DNA from: Eledone cirrhosa
Taxonomy: Eukaryota
Assembly: GCA_964016885.1 (NCBI GenBank)
Contig: OZ024754.1
Coordinates: 5,766,001 to 5,830,000 of the forward strand
DNA: 64,000 nucleotides
Direction of reading: 5' to 3'
Shown piece by piece: positions 1 to 14,052 of the stretch. Position 1 is the stretch's first letter, and the number at the start of each line of letters is the position of its first letter. The notes beneath the pieces were generated by a model. It had not been told where the DNA came from, searched no databases, and saw only the letters and a program-made list of their open reading frames with translations. A program made the translations under genes and the position numbers.

Positions 1-197
1 TGTTGGTGTTGGTGTTGGTGGTGGTAGTGCTGGTGGTGGTAGTGATAGTGCTGGTGTTGGTAGTGGTAGTGCTGGTGTTGGTGGTGGTAGTGCTGGTGGT
101 GGTAGTGGTAGTGCTGGTGTTGGTGGTGGTAGTGCTGGTGGTGGTAGTGGTAGTGTTGGTGTTGGTGGTGGTAGTGGTAGTACTGGTGTTGATGTAG
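1..197. repeat. (GGT/AGT)n low-complexity tract
   Basis: Degenerate GGT/GTT/AGT triplets; the poly-Val ORF is an artefact. Confidence 0.95.
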
Positions 198-484
198 CAA
201 CTAGCTACTGTTGTGCCTATTGTTGAGTACACAATGTTACGCATCAGTTATTTCCTAATAACACATATTACAAAAATAACTTGCTAATAAATATTCACCT
301 GAATCTCTGAAATTCTATGATGAAGTGACGGCAGGACAAATTATAGGGTTTTCAGCACCTTTTAAAGGGATTAAAACCCTAAACTACGGAAGTTCCTTCC
401 TTGTTCTTTGTTTAGAAGGAGCTTTGTTGTTATTTGGAGGTTAGTTGGGCGCAGTTATGTTTGTTGTTAGTCCCCCACCTGAAA

Positions 485-625
485 GCGCATGGCTTAGTGG
501 TTAGAGCATTGGGCTTGCAATCGAAAGGTTGCGGGTTCAATTCTCGGACCGGGTGATGTGTTTGTTCCTTGAGCAAGACACTTTATATCACGTTACTTCA
601 GTTTACTCCGCTGTAGAAATGAGAT
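485..625 (+). mobile_element. tRNA-derived SINE with CORE-like body
   Basis: A box TGGCTTAGTGG, B box GGTTCAATTC, then CCTTGAGCAAGACACTT core-like motif. Confidence 0.75.
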
Positions 626-725
626 GATAGGGCTGGGGTCCCTATCATTAAGTCACCCAAGACACCTCCAACGCGATATACCTTGGAGAAGGCCAGCTAA
701 ATCTACATAGGTGTGAACTGTCACA

Positions 726-809
<84 letters not shown>

Positions 810-896
810 ACTACGGCGAATTGGCGAAGTTGTTCAGAACGTCAGATAGAATGTTCTGTGGTAATTGTACCAGCTTTCAGCTCCCTCTGTTCAAAT

Positions 897-1542
897 TGTG
901 GTGGTATTAGTGATGTCTGTGTTGGTGGTGGCAATGGTGGTACCTGGTGATAGTGAGAGTAGTGATGGTATTGCTGGTGGTAGTGTTGGTGGTGGTAGTG
1001 GTGGTGGTAGTAATGGTTTTGCTGGTCGTAGGGCTGCTGTTGGTGGTGGTAGTGATGGTGTTGATGGTGGTAGTGATGGTGTTGGTGGTGGTAGTGGTGG
1101 CGGTGGTAGTGATGGTGTTGGTGGTGGTAGTGATGGTGTTGATGGTGGTAGTGATGGTGTTGGTGGTGGTAGTGGTGGCGGTGGTAGTGATGGTGTTGGT
1201 GGTGGTAGTGATGGTGTTGGTGGTGGTAGTGGTGGTGGTGGTAGTAATGCTGTTGGTGGTGGTATTAATGGTTTTTCTGGTCGTAGGGCTACTGTTGGTG
1301 GTGGTAGTGATGGTGTTGATGGTGGTAGTGATGGTGTTTGTGGTGGCAATGATGATAGGGGTGCTGGTGGTGGGAATGATGGTGTTAGCGGTAGTAGTGA
1401 TGGTGTTGGTGGTAGTAGTGGTGGTGTTTGTGGTAGTAGTGATGGTGTTGGTGGTAGTAGTGATGGTGTTGGCGGTAGTAGTGATGGTGTTGGTGGTAGT
1501 AGTGATGGTGTTGGTGGTAGTAGTGATGGTGTTGGTGGTAGT
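897..1542. repeat. (GGT)n-based compound repeat between two SINE-head fragments
   Basis: GGTGGTAGTGAT-type units; ACGTCAGATAGAATGTT occurs on both sides (about 839 and 1543). Confidence 0.85.
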
Positions 1543-1677
1543 ACGTCAGATAGAATGTTACGTCGTAACTTTGCCAGCTTTCTGCAATCTTAGTTCAAAT
1601 TACGCCAATAATTGCGTTTTATCATTCCATGGCCAATAAATAAAGTACCAGTCAAGTATTGGGGTCGATTTGTCCTT

Positions 1678-1760
<83 letters not shown>

Positions 1761-1898
1761 AAGTAAAGAAACCAGTTGCGTTAAGACCCCGTGCGGGAGA
1801 AGTTCCTCCATGTTAAAACAAACCCACATCGCACAGCACGACCACCCCTCACCCCCGCCTACGAATCCATTAGTAGTTGTAGTGGTGGTGGTGGTGGA

Positions 1899-1940
<42 letters not shown>

Positions 1941-2315
1941 GTGTTGGTGGATGATGATGGTGATGGTGTTGGTACCAGCTATATTAGTGCTGGTAACAAT
2001 TGTGGTTTCTGGCATGGTAATAGTAACACACTTAGAATCACATTAACTATAATGATATAATAACAGTAATTAACACACCCAAACCATTAGCATCTAATTA
2101 GTTAAAAGAAACACAGAATTAATTAATCAGTAACACTTTACAAACAATACAAGGCACCACGGTAACAGTTTAAGTAAAACAAATACTATAATAGGACATT
2201 GGCAGGATATGTTTAGCCATTAAAGAACATACACTGTTCGTAGACGTCCATTCCTTTAACGTTAGTTCACTTATTTCTTAACTATTTTAATCATTTATAT
2301 ATATATATATATGTG

Positions 2316-2591
2316 TAAGTATGTATACGTACATACATATATGTATACAGACGTACAGTAGTATGTATATATATACATACATGGACACATATATATATAT
2401 ATATGGGTTTACCGAACATTTATTATAATGTTCGGTTTGTTTGTAAACAAACAGCCCGAATTAAGCCATACAGAGTTCGGCAACCATCGCTGCCCTATTG
2501 TTCAACACTGTCAGTGTTGAACAATAGGGCAGCGATGGTTGCCGAACACTGTACGTCTGTATACATATATGTATGTACGTATACATACTTA
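2316..2591. repeat. Nested inverted repeats
   Basis: Perfect 36-bp-arm palindrome 2475-2547 with 1-nt loop, plus outer 44-bp arms at 2316-2359 and 2548-2591. Confidence 0.92.
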
Positions 2592-2651
2592 AATTTAAGT
2601 ATCAGCCGTACTAAGAGTGAGAAATGAAATTTCATTTCATACTTTTCCATT

Positions 2652-2712
<61 letters not shown>

Positions 2713-2860
2713 ATACTCGGGGAGAGTCGTGTTGTTATAGTATTGCCATAAATAATAACAGAACACACTCACTGTTTGGTTGGTTTTTGCTTCTGTATTT
2801 GTATATCTCCATAGTTAATTAATTTGGCAATCAACGTTTATCATTGATTGATCAGCTGTT

Positions 2861-2922
<62 letters not shown>

Positions 2923-3103
2923 ATATAGTCAACAACCAGCTTAATATTCTAGTTACAACTACATTTGTAATAATTTCATGGCATATGACTTTTTATGATT
3001 TCTCTCGATTTTTACATTAATATTTATAATTCTAATATATTACATATTTATCATTTTCTCAATGTTTAACATCCAAATTAGTTTTTATACTAAACGAATC
3101 AAT

Positions 3104-3372
3104 TTCCTATCACATTAAACCCGAGAGATTGAAATACACAACATACAGAAAATTAAATTAAAATGTATATTAAACTAATTATAAATTTATAATATTTGTA
3201 ACTCATAATTTATTTAAAACTGGTGACGTATAATATTGAAAGTTATAGTTTACCAGTTTTAATTAAATTATGTGTTACAATTATAATAAATTTATAATTA
3301 TTTTTTATACATTTTAATTTAATTTTTTTATATGCTTCTTATTCCAATCTATTGTTTTTGATGTGATAGGAA
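3104..3372. mobile_element. Old AT-rich fold-back/MITE-like hairpin
   Basis: Imperfect arms of about 125 bp: TTCCTATCACAT...AAAACTGGT pairs with ACCAGTTTT...ATGTGATAGGAA. Confidence 0.7.
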
Positions 3373-4040
3373 TATATTTTTAGTGTAAAAACTATTCACC
3401 TGTATTTTAGTCTTCTTTCGAATTTCTTTTGACATCTCTCTCTCTCTATCATTCGATATATTTTGGTTTATAAAAAAGAAATGGAAACAAATTTAAACTG
3501 ATAATCTTATCAGATGTTTATAATTTATTTTCTTTATTCACAAACAGAAACATGGTGTTGGGTGGGTAAAATAATTAGAGTCGGGAAAATACTTGTCGGT
3601 ATTTAAATTTATGAGTTCAAACCTTGTCGAGATCAAATTTGATTTATATCCTTCCAAGGTCGATAAAATTAAAGTACATATCAAGTACTGGGGTCTTGCA
3701 ATCGACTTTAATTTCACACTAGTATCGTTTCTACATTTGGCACTTTGCCATTAATTGAAGGGAAGGTGTAAGTCAATTAAATCGACCCCGGTGAATTACT
3801 GGTACTTTATTTTATCGACCCCGTAAAGGGGCGAACTTATATGTCACAAAGCATTTTACTCGATGCTCTGCCGATACTGCCAATCCACCAAGCTAAAATT
3901 ACTGGAATAAGAAATCATTAAGAGAAATAGCAATTTAGGAAAATATTCTTTTTTAATAATAAAATTTAAGCTGAAAGTGAAATTCGCTGAGGAAATAATA
4001 TTTTCAGTCGCAAATAAACAAGTATGTGTTTGGTGTTTCT

Positions 4041-4475
4041 CGGAGTTTTAGCCGTATCTTTTCCTGATACACTATTTATTCAACTATTTTATAATTAAAC
4101 ATATTTTAATACAGCTTCTCCAAGCTAATATATATTAAAAATCGGAGTTTTAGCCGTATCTTTTCCTGATACACTATTTATTCAACTATTTTATAATTAA
4201 ACATATTTTAATACAGCTTCTCCAAGCTAATATACATTAAAAATCGGAGTTTTAGCCATATCTTTTCCTGATACACTATTTATTCAACTATTTTATAATT
4301 AAACATATTTTAATACAGCTTCTCCAAGCTAATATACATTAAAAATCGGAGTTTTAGCCATATCTTTTCCTGATACACTATTTATTCAACTATTTTATAA
4401 TTAAACATATTTTAATACAGCTTCTCCAAGCTAATATACATTAAAAATCGGAGTTTTAGCCATATCTTTTCCTGA
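4041..4475. repeat. 102-bp tandem repeat (4+ copies) running into the assembly gap
   Basis: CGGAGTTTTAGCC recurs at 4041, 4143, 4245, 4347 and 4449. Confidence 0.95.
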
Positions 4476-4675
4476 NNNNNNNNNNNNNNNNNNNNNNNNN
4501 NNNNNNNNNNNNNNNNNNNNNNNNNNNNNNNNNNNNNNNNNNNNNNNNNNNNNNNNNNNNNNNNNNNNNNNNNNNNNNNNNNNNNNNNNNNNNNNNNNNN
4601 NNNNNNNNNNNNNNNNNNNNNNNNNNNNNNNNNNNNNNNNNNNNNNNNNNNNNNNNNNNNNNNNNNNNNNNNNNN
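4476..4675. other. Assembly gap
   Basis: 200 N. Confidence 1.
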
Positions 4676-4754
<79 letters not shown>

Positions 4755-5412
4755 TACAAATGGCAAAGTCGAATTAAGATGGATTTAAATGCAGAACGTA
4801 AACTGTGACTATTCTAAGGTAGCTATATGGCTTCACATACTCCTTATTCCGAATTACGCTGTGTTAGTGCTGTTCCTATAACATTTATAAAACTACAAGT
4901 ATTTTGGTCAATATCTTCGATATGACTGCAATAATATTTGATATCAGGGCCTATGAATCCGCATATATCTTAATAAAAACTTCTATAATTTGTGAAATAC
5001 ACGATTTTATCGTTAAGGATTTAGATTCATCTTAAGGTCTTCGTTTCCATTTCCAGCCCTCATGGGCTGTTGTATCTGTGATTAAGGCATTGTATCGTTT
5101 CATCTTGCTCCAGTTAACTCAACTGAAAATGAGTACCAGCAGCATCTTAGGGTTAAGCATCAAATGGACTGGGGGTAACCCTGTACACTTCGTCTCTTAA
5201 CGCCACATAAAACGAACATAAGCTCCAGTATAGTCACAAAATGAAGGCCGCGAATTGATAAAGTTGTTAGAACGTCGGATAGAATGCATTACGATATTCG
5301 TTCTGGCTGTCTGCTCTCTGAGTTCAGATCCCGCCAAGGTTAACTTAGCCCTTCATCATTTAGAGGTCGATAGACTAGTACTGGGTCGATTCTTCCTCTA
5401 TATCTCTTTCTC

Positions 5413-5449
<37 letters not shown>

Positions 5450-5930
5450 TTCTATCTTTCTCTGGAAGAAATGTGCTGTACTCAGGATTGGAGGACTGGA
5501 GAGAGATGGGCTCCACTAATCAGGCTTTAAAATGCTCAAGAAACGCCGTATGTCAATACGGCGCCCCTACGACTCTATTAGGAGTTATGGGGACCATACG
5601 ATACTATAACATAGACTTCACAAAATAGACTTTTTTTATAATTTGGACAATTCCCACGGGCCTAAAGAAAACTCCCGAACCAATGAGCGTATGATAAGCA
5701 GGCCTGTATTAATTTTTACCTTCAAGAAATTTCCACACTACTGACGAAATTTTAAGGGTTCACAATTAATTAATCTTTTCTTTGTGCATGTATTTATTTC
5801 TGTGGTTATGTATTCATTTAATTATTTATTTAATTAAGTAGTAATTCATTTGTAAATAGGACGTCTATAGCACATGAAGAAAGCACAACTGCATCAGAAG
5901 CGCAAATGCGTTCACTAGACCATACACAAC

Positions 5931-5966
<36 letters not shown>

Positions 5967-6006
5967 TAATATAGACATATATATATATATATATACATGT
6001 ATGTAT

Positions 6007-6066
<60 letters not shown>

Positions 6067-6236
6067 ATATATATATACATGTATATATATATATACATAT
6101 ATATATATACATATATATATATATACATATATGTATATATATATATATATGTACATATATATATATATACACACATACATATACATATAAACATATATGT
6201 ATATATATATGTATATATATATATACATTTCTATAT

Positions 6237-6268
<32 letters not shown>

Positions 6269-6348
6269 CGTTATTCCGGGTTGAATCGGAGGTAACCACA
6301 GTAAGTAAGGTACTCAATACATAGCAGAGTATAACAGTTTTAATATAG

Positions 6349-6405
6349 ATGAGATTCTACAGGACTAGAACTGTTTCATTCATTAGAAATCATCAGGAAT
6401 CTCAT
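6349..6405 (-). ncRNA. Type I hammerhead ribozyme motif (family C)
   Basis: Minus strand: ATGAGATTC-CTGATGA-T TTC TAAT GAA T-GAA-ACAG ttctagtc CTGT-A-GAATCTCAT; 9-bp stem I, GUA cleavage triplet. Confidence 0.85.
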
Positions 6406-6429
6406 GATTCCTGATGATTTCTAATCTCT

Positions 6430-6478
6430 GATTCCTGATGATTTCTAATGAATGAAACAGTTCTAGTCCTGTAGAATC
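6430..6478 (+). ncRNA. Type I hammerhead motif (family C, inverted second arm)
   Basis: GATTC-CTGATGA(6435)-stem II-GAAA(6454)-CAG..CTGT-A-GAATC. Confidence 0.8.
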
Positions 6479-7076
6479 TCATCTATATTAAAACTATATA
6501 TATATATATATATATATACATATCTATATTATATGTGTGTATATATATATATGTGTGTATGTGTGTGTGTATATACACACCGGATCCATATATTGTTACA
6601 TATACGCACACAAATAAAAACCTAAAAGTACATTCCTAACTAGTTGCTATACACACACAGACACGCGCGCGCTCATATTACACAACACACATATACACAT
6701 AAACACACAGACACACATACATGCACACACACACGCACACACATACACACATACATGCACACACATGGAAAAAATAAATTCAATAAATAATAAAACAAAA
6801 AAATTAAAACAAAAAAGCAAAAACATGCAACAGTAATGTAAATACGAAGAAATAATTTACAAGTTAGATAAACATTGTCAATAAACATAATGTATTACAA
6901 CAACTACAGATTAAATAACAAACAAACTTGCATATGAAAGCTGACCAAAATATATTGTTTCCTATTGTAAATTAATTATTGATTTCTAACTCAAATCTAT
7001 ATATTTTTAGTTGAAGTTTGTGAATTGGTCGAGTCATCTTTAAGGGAAGTGCATTTTGTTAGCACACACTTTTATA

Positions 7077-7129
<53 letters not shown>

Positions 7130-7149
7130 TGAGAGAGAGAGAGAGAGAG

Positions 7150-7183
<34 letters not shown>

Positions 7184-7382
7184 TCAAAAAATGTATATAT
7201 TCTTCAACAGTATTCTAATAAATATTACCTGTACAGGTAATCAAAGTGTGTATACATTTTTGGGGACACCCTGTGTATATGTATGCATAGATATATACAC
7301 ACACAGATATATATATATATAGATATATATATATATATGTATATATATCGATATATTTATACATATATATATGTATATATAC

Positions 7383-7449
<67 letters not shown>

Positions 7450-7494
7450 GATATGTATATATGTATATATATACATATATATATGTATACATAT

Positions 7495-7554
<60 letters not shown>

Positions 7555-7614
7555 CTGTGTGTATAATTATAAATATATATATATATGTGTGTGTGTATGT
7601 GTATGTATATATAT

Positions 7615-7853
7615 AGTAATAGTAATAAATTTGAAGACTAAAATCCAAAGAGGGCTCGATAAGGATAAATATATATCAGATATATAAGAACCGTAGAGCA
7701 AATATTTATTAAAATAACAGATTAAAGTTTAAGCAAAGAATCGCTGCTTTCACCCTTAACGGAATCTTCTGAATATATATCTTCAGAAGATCCCGTTAAG
7801 GGTGAAAGCAGGGATTCTTTGCTTAAACTTCAATCTGTTATTTTAATAAATAT
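7615..7853. mobile_element. (TA)n-flanked mini-element family A with variant hammerhead (copies at 14826-14990, 31272-31500, 32482-32920, 35825-36002, 48428-48455, 56292-56421)
   Basis: Near-identical repeats; inverted arms 7702-7773 and 7782-7853; CAGAAGA-TCCCGTTAAGGGT-GAAAGCA. Confidence 0.8.
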
Positions 7854-8006
7854 ATATTTATATATATATATAAAACAGTATATATATATATATATATATG
7901 GCTTGACATGTCTGAGTCCCGTTTGATTAATATTCGAAAAAGCTGGTACGGTAAACAGCCAGGTATGTTTACATAATTCAATACATCAATACATGGTTCT
8001 ATATAA

Positions 8007-8086
<80 letters not shown>

Positions 8087-8390
8087 TCCCTTTGTTTATA
8101 TATACACTACTAGTCTGTGTTTGTGTCTTTTTTCATCAACTTACCGAATCTGCCATTTAAAGTCTTCTGATTTCGTTCATTAATTACTTAAATTGCTTAA
8201 AATACCTTTATATAATGAGCGTCTTAAATGCTTAATTGGTAAACTAGCTTTATATAATGAACGTGTGCTGTTTAATTGATAAAATACCTTTGAATAATTG
8301 ACACTTTAACACTTATATCCACATCAATGACAACAGCAATATTATTATTATTACTACTACTACTACTACTACTAGTAGTAGTAGTAGTAT

Positions 8391-8447
<57 letters not shown>

Positions 8448-9464
8448 GTTTTATTGCTGTTCTTTTGACATGTGCTTGCGATGTTGTTTTTTTTATAATT
8501 GTTATTATTTTTCTTGTTATGATTGATATTGTTGATGTTATTATTGCTATTGTTTCATAGACAACACAGCATAGTGATCGAATTCCATTCATAACACTAA
8601 TAAAGCTTTGAGCGCCATCTTTCCCTCATAGAATAGTTTATTTTGGTAGAAGCTATAGAGCATCGAACAACATACTTTGTGCCATATCGTCTTGTACCAC
8701 CGTACCAGGCGTGGTTGGTCTCTTGAAGTTTGTTAACAAAAATATTAAATCAAAGAGTGAAATTAGCATTAATTCTACTGTTATGTCCTTATAGATAAAG
8801 GAATACAATGCAACAGTGTAATAGCAATATAATCGAAACAAACGATAATAACCACATGTAATGGAACAACAATCTTTTAAGAACCAACAAATGTTGGTTT
8901 GTCCCCTCACATTTTTAAGGCAAATGAGGGCCCTGACTCCACCGCCCTGCGTGAAAGTATTGTTCTCAAAGAATAATAATACCAAAATCTCGAAGATTCT
9001 ATATTATGTGAGGTAAAGCCTTTGCTGCGAAAATACAATAGTAAACGTAAATATAGAGTAATGTAAATGCTAAATGGTTAATATCAGCTGTTCTTCCTGT
9101 CACAGACAATACCAATCGTTCATTTTATAGGGTTTCCCAAATCAGAATCAGAGTTACCAAATTCTAACAATAAGGGACTACATTGGCATTTTTTTATATT
9201 TATAATTAACCACGTGGCATGATTATATACACACCTCCCCATTCCTGCCGCCGAATTGTATTTAAGAAATGTCTGTATTAATAATCAATATTTATATTAG
9301 GGTTGGTGATTAGTAGAAGCAGTATTATATGCTATTAAGTTACGCCACTTTACCTAGTGAATTAATATCACACTAGTATCTGTTTTGTTATAGATTTTAT
9401 GAAATAAATGGCACTCAAGTACTGGCGACTGGTAATCGACTGAAAATATCCTCCATTATCGTAT

Positions 9465-9645
9465 AATTGGCAGTATCGGTAGAGGGTCGGGCATGCTTTC
9501 CAGCATAGTTACGTCCCTTTACGATCTGAGTTCAAATCCCGCCGAGGTTAACTTTGCCTTTCATCCTTACGGGGTCGATTAAAATAAAGTACCAGTAATA
9601 CACTGGGTACTTGCTGGCCTTGTGCCAAAAGTAGAAACAATTATT
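9465..9645 (+). mobile_element. Major tRNA-derived SINE, octopus-type. About 20 copies or fragments, e.g. 3725-3890(-), 13601-13820(+), 19220-19545(-), 23058-23187(+), 24703-24800(+), 27114-27340(-), 29610-29782(-), 29965-30149(-), 36836-37013(-), 46455-46678(+), 62240-62415(+)
   Basis: TGGCAGTATCGGTAG A box, GAGTTCAAATCCC B box, conserved central GGTTAACTTTGCCTTTCATCCTTACGGGGTCGATAAAATAAAGTACCAG, tail CTTGTGCC..TAGAAACAATTATT. Confidence 0.92.
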
Positions 9646-9667
9646 GTATAGACTTTATAGGCAAATA

Positions 9668-9780
9668 TAGGTGTAGACTTAGCCGTGTGGTTATGAAGTT
9701 CCCATCACAAAAAAACAAGTAGATTTGGGATCGAACTCGCCGTTTAGCACCCTGGGTAAGAGTATTCTACTGTAACTTCA
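9668..9780 (+). mobile_element. Degenerate second tRNA-SINE family (also about 17710-17885 + and 43945-44108 -)
   Basis: GCCGTGTGGTTA head, CACCCTGGGTAAGAGTATTCTACT core-like motif. Confidence 0.55.
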
Positions 9781-9805
9781 GTTTGAACATTTCCTTCTGG
9801 AAATT

Positions 9806-9984
<179 letters not shown>

Positions 9985-10010
9985 CATACATATATATATC
10001 ATATTAGCAA

Positions 10011-10064
10011 ACCATCTCTGATGACACGTGTTTCACCTTACGGATTTTCAACTCGAGTGATGGT
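10011..10064 (-). ncRNA. Degenerate hammerhead motif (family F-related) in a (TA)n-flanked element 10003-10126
   Basis: Minus: ACCATC..TTGAAAA(decayed core)-T CC GTAA GG T-GAA-ACACGTGT-C-..GATGGT. Confidence 0.55.
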
Positions 10065-10123
10065 AGTGCTGAAAAACGGAAGATTTCTATTTACTACGGA
10101 CATAAACTCCCTATGTTCTACCA

Positions 10124-10177
<54 letters not shown>

Positions 10178-10188
10178 GTATATATATC

Positions 10189-10227
<39 letters not shown>

Positions 10228-10246
10228 AGGAACATAAAAAAAGAAT

Positions 10247-10312
<66 letters not shown>

Positions 10313-10363
10313 ATTAGTTTTTATGTTCCTACACACATATATATATAGAGAGATAGATATATA

Positions 10364-10405
<42 letters not shown>

Positions 10406-10474
10406 TATAAATAGATAGTAAGGTAGAAAGATTGATAGATAGATAGATAGATAAATAAATAGGTACATATAGTA

Positions 10475-10533
<59 letters not shown>

Positions 10534-10864
10534 TTATTTATTACAATATAAATATAAATATTGTGTTATTTTGAGTATAGTTGCATTCACACATAAATAG
10601 ACGTTGCGATAGAATGAAACATGCAAGGAACTCCTAATCTCTCTGAAATCTCTAAACCGATGCAGCTAGTCACATATCTGCTAATCTCAAAACAGACAAT
10701 GCCAACCAAACTTAACATTCAGACCAATATCATATCTGTCAAACCATTCCAATATCAACCAATTCAAAAGTTTGAAGATAAGGACATGTGTATATATAAA
10801 TATGTATGTATATGTATATATATATATGTATATGTATATATATATATATGTATATGTGTGTATA

Positions 10865-10947
<83 letters not shown>

Positions 10948-10948
10948 G

Positions 10949-11005
<57 letters not shown>

Positions 11006-11022
11006 ATATACGTATGTTTGTG

Positions 11023-11062
<40 letters not shown>

Positions 11063-11139
11063 AACATACGTATATACACACATATATTTATATATATATG
11101 TATTTATGTATGCATGTGTATATATATATATATATATAT

Positions 11140-11219
<80 letters not shown>

Positions 11220-11225
11220 TATATA

Positions 11226-11372
<147 letters not shown>

Positions 11373-11375
11373 CAA

Positions 11376-11417
<42 letters not shown>

Positions 11418-11432
11418 CATATATATATACAC

Positions 11433-11532
<100 letters not shown>

Positions 11533-11569
11533 TTTTGGGAAATCGTTTGTGTTTATAAGTATGTGTATA

Positions 11570-11601
<32 letters not shown>

Positions 11602-11721
11602 AATATGTGTGTGTGAGTGTGTGTGGGAGAAGAGGGTGAACCGAGGAACTTGGAATAATGTAACAATATGGCAGAGTCTTATATTTCTATTCTGGGATCA
11701 ATGCAATATTTTCATACATCA

Positions 11722-11904
<183 letters not shown>

Positions 11905-12739
11905 TCACTATGGAAAGGATACCTCAAATAAGACATTGCGGGTTCGGTATACTTGAAAATATCCTATTTTAGGGAGCCATAATAAGATTTTTCAGCCACC
12001 CCAGTTGATCTCACCCAACTCTAAAGAGTCTCACGTTATCCAGCCACCTTCGTCAGTTCAATCTATGACATCACAGATCAGACAACTTGACCAGCACTCC
12101 GTATCTGTTGAAGCCAGACACAACCAGCTAGTTCAATCAAACCTGGCGACTGTGTGACAAAACTAACCTAAATCAAATCAGCAGCAGCCAATCAACAAAG
12201 CAAGCCTCTGTCAATCCATTCAGTCCAGCTACTTCAGCCATCCACACCACTTTAGTGAGATTCAACCAGCCAAAACCTCCGCTCCGCCTCAACCAGTCCT
12301 AGACATACTCAAGTAAATCTAGTTATACCTATCCAGTTCCTACCGGGGACAGCCTAGCAATTCGAAGTCAGATCAGCCATCGAAACAAGCCCTAACTAGC
12401 CCCAAACCTCACGCACACCCGAATATATATACAGAAAAAGGTTCAGGGGCCCGACGGCAGTGTTCAAGCCGTTTTGACGGCTATTTCTGGACGCTATTTC
12501 GACGGCTATTTCTGGTCCACATGGTTCCTTACCACACTCCCTTCGTTATATATATCTATATATTAACATAATCAATAAGAATATACATATATCTAGGGCG
12601 GTGTCCCAGCATGGCCTCAGTCGGAAAAAGTAAGTGGCTGGAAAAAGTAAACGAATAAGAGCAATATCATAAAATGAGGGGTTTTTTTTAAAGAAAAAAA
12701 AAACGAATTGTCCTATATGGGTGAAAGTACAAGGTGAAG

Positions 12740-12876
<137 letters not shown>

Positions 12877-13009
12877 GATTATATATATATATATACATAT
12901 AGATTATATATATATATACATATATATATACAAATATATTTGCAAGGTTTTTTATATGAAAACCAACCAAACAGTGAGTGTGTTCTGTTATTATTTCTGA
13001 CAATGTTAT

Positions 13010-13049
<40 letters not shown>

Positions 13050-13063
13050 GTGCTTCTATTATT

Positions 13064-13156
<93 letters not shown>

Positions 13157-13474
13157 GAGCTTCTATTATATGTATATATAATCGTCTTGAACTGTCATGA
13201 CGAACTGCACTGTTTCTATCTCCCTCTTCATTGTGGCAACAGTGTTGTAAACAACATGGACAAAACTTAATTTAGATTTCATTATAGAAACCTGAAGCAT
13301 AGCTTAGTATCACAAAATATCATTAAATAGGACCAATTTGTCCTTATATGATAAGATAATTAATATTTTGCACCAGAACTGACATTTAAAGTGAGATGAG
13401 TGATATTCAGCAGTGTTTTACAGAGCCACGGTTTCAAATTGCTTGATATTTAGTGTAACTTCATTATGCTTCTA

Positions 13475-14052
13475 AGGCGGCGTATTGGCAGAGTCGTTAG
13501 AACCTCCGATAAAACGCTTCATGGTTTTCGTTTCGGCTTTCTGCTCTCTAAATTCAAATCCCACAGAGGTCAATGTGCCTTTCATTATTTCGAGGTCGAC
13601 AGGGCGGTGGATTGGCAGTGTCGATAGAGGGTCGCTTGCCATGCTTTGCAGCATAGAGTTACGGTCTTTTATGATCTAAGTTCAAATCCTGCCGAGGTTA
13701 GATTTGCCTTTCATCTTTACGGGGTCGATAAAATAAAGTACCATTCACGCACTGGAGTCGATTTAATCGACTTTCCCCTCCCCCAAAATTGCTGGTCTTG
13801 TGCCTATACTAGAAACCATTATTTCGAGATCGATAAAAAATCGGTACAAGTCTAGTACTGGGATCGATTCTCCCTCTATATCTCTTTCACACTTCTTCTC
13901 TCTCACTTCCTACCTCTTTCTAGAAGAATTCTGTTGAACTCAGGCGGCCTGGAGACGGATGGGCTCCGCTAGTCTCAAAATGGCCAAGGAAACACCATAT
14001 ATTACCTCGGAGCCCCTTCGACTCTATCAGGAATTACGGGGTACCATACGAT
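13475..14052 (+). mobile_element. Composite SINE interrupted by a nested SINE (13600-13816)
   Basis: TSD CATTATTTCGAG(G/A)TCGA at 13583-13599 and 13817-13833; uninterrupted relative at about 5245-5603. Confidence 0.8.

Larger units (their letters stand above)
6269..6495. mobile_element. (TA)n-flanked hammerhead mini-element, family C (related pieces at 22640-22727, 32945-33118, 39699-39760)
   Basis: Shared tail CTCTGCTATGTATTGAGTACCTTACTTACTGTGGTTA and/or shared ribozyme; flanked by (TA)n; fold-back structure. Confidence 0.8.

Noticed and set aside
485-555. tRNA gene
   Set aside because: A and B boxes are present but the cloverleaf is imperfect and runs into a SINE core.
865-1639. Gly-rich 242-aa and Val-rich 230-aa ORFs
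   Set aside because: They arise from a GGT repeat open in several frames and bounded by SINE fragments; no gene context.
10018-10024. Plus-strand CTGATGA hammerhead core
   Set aside because: No downstream stem II-GAAA; the better fold is on the minus strand.
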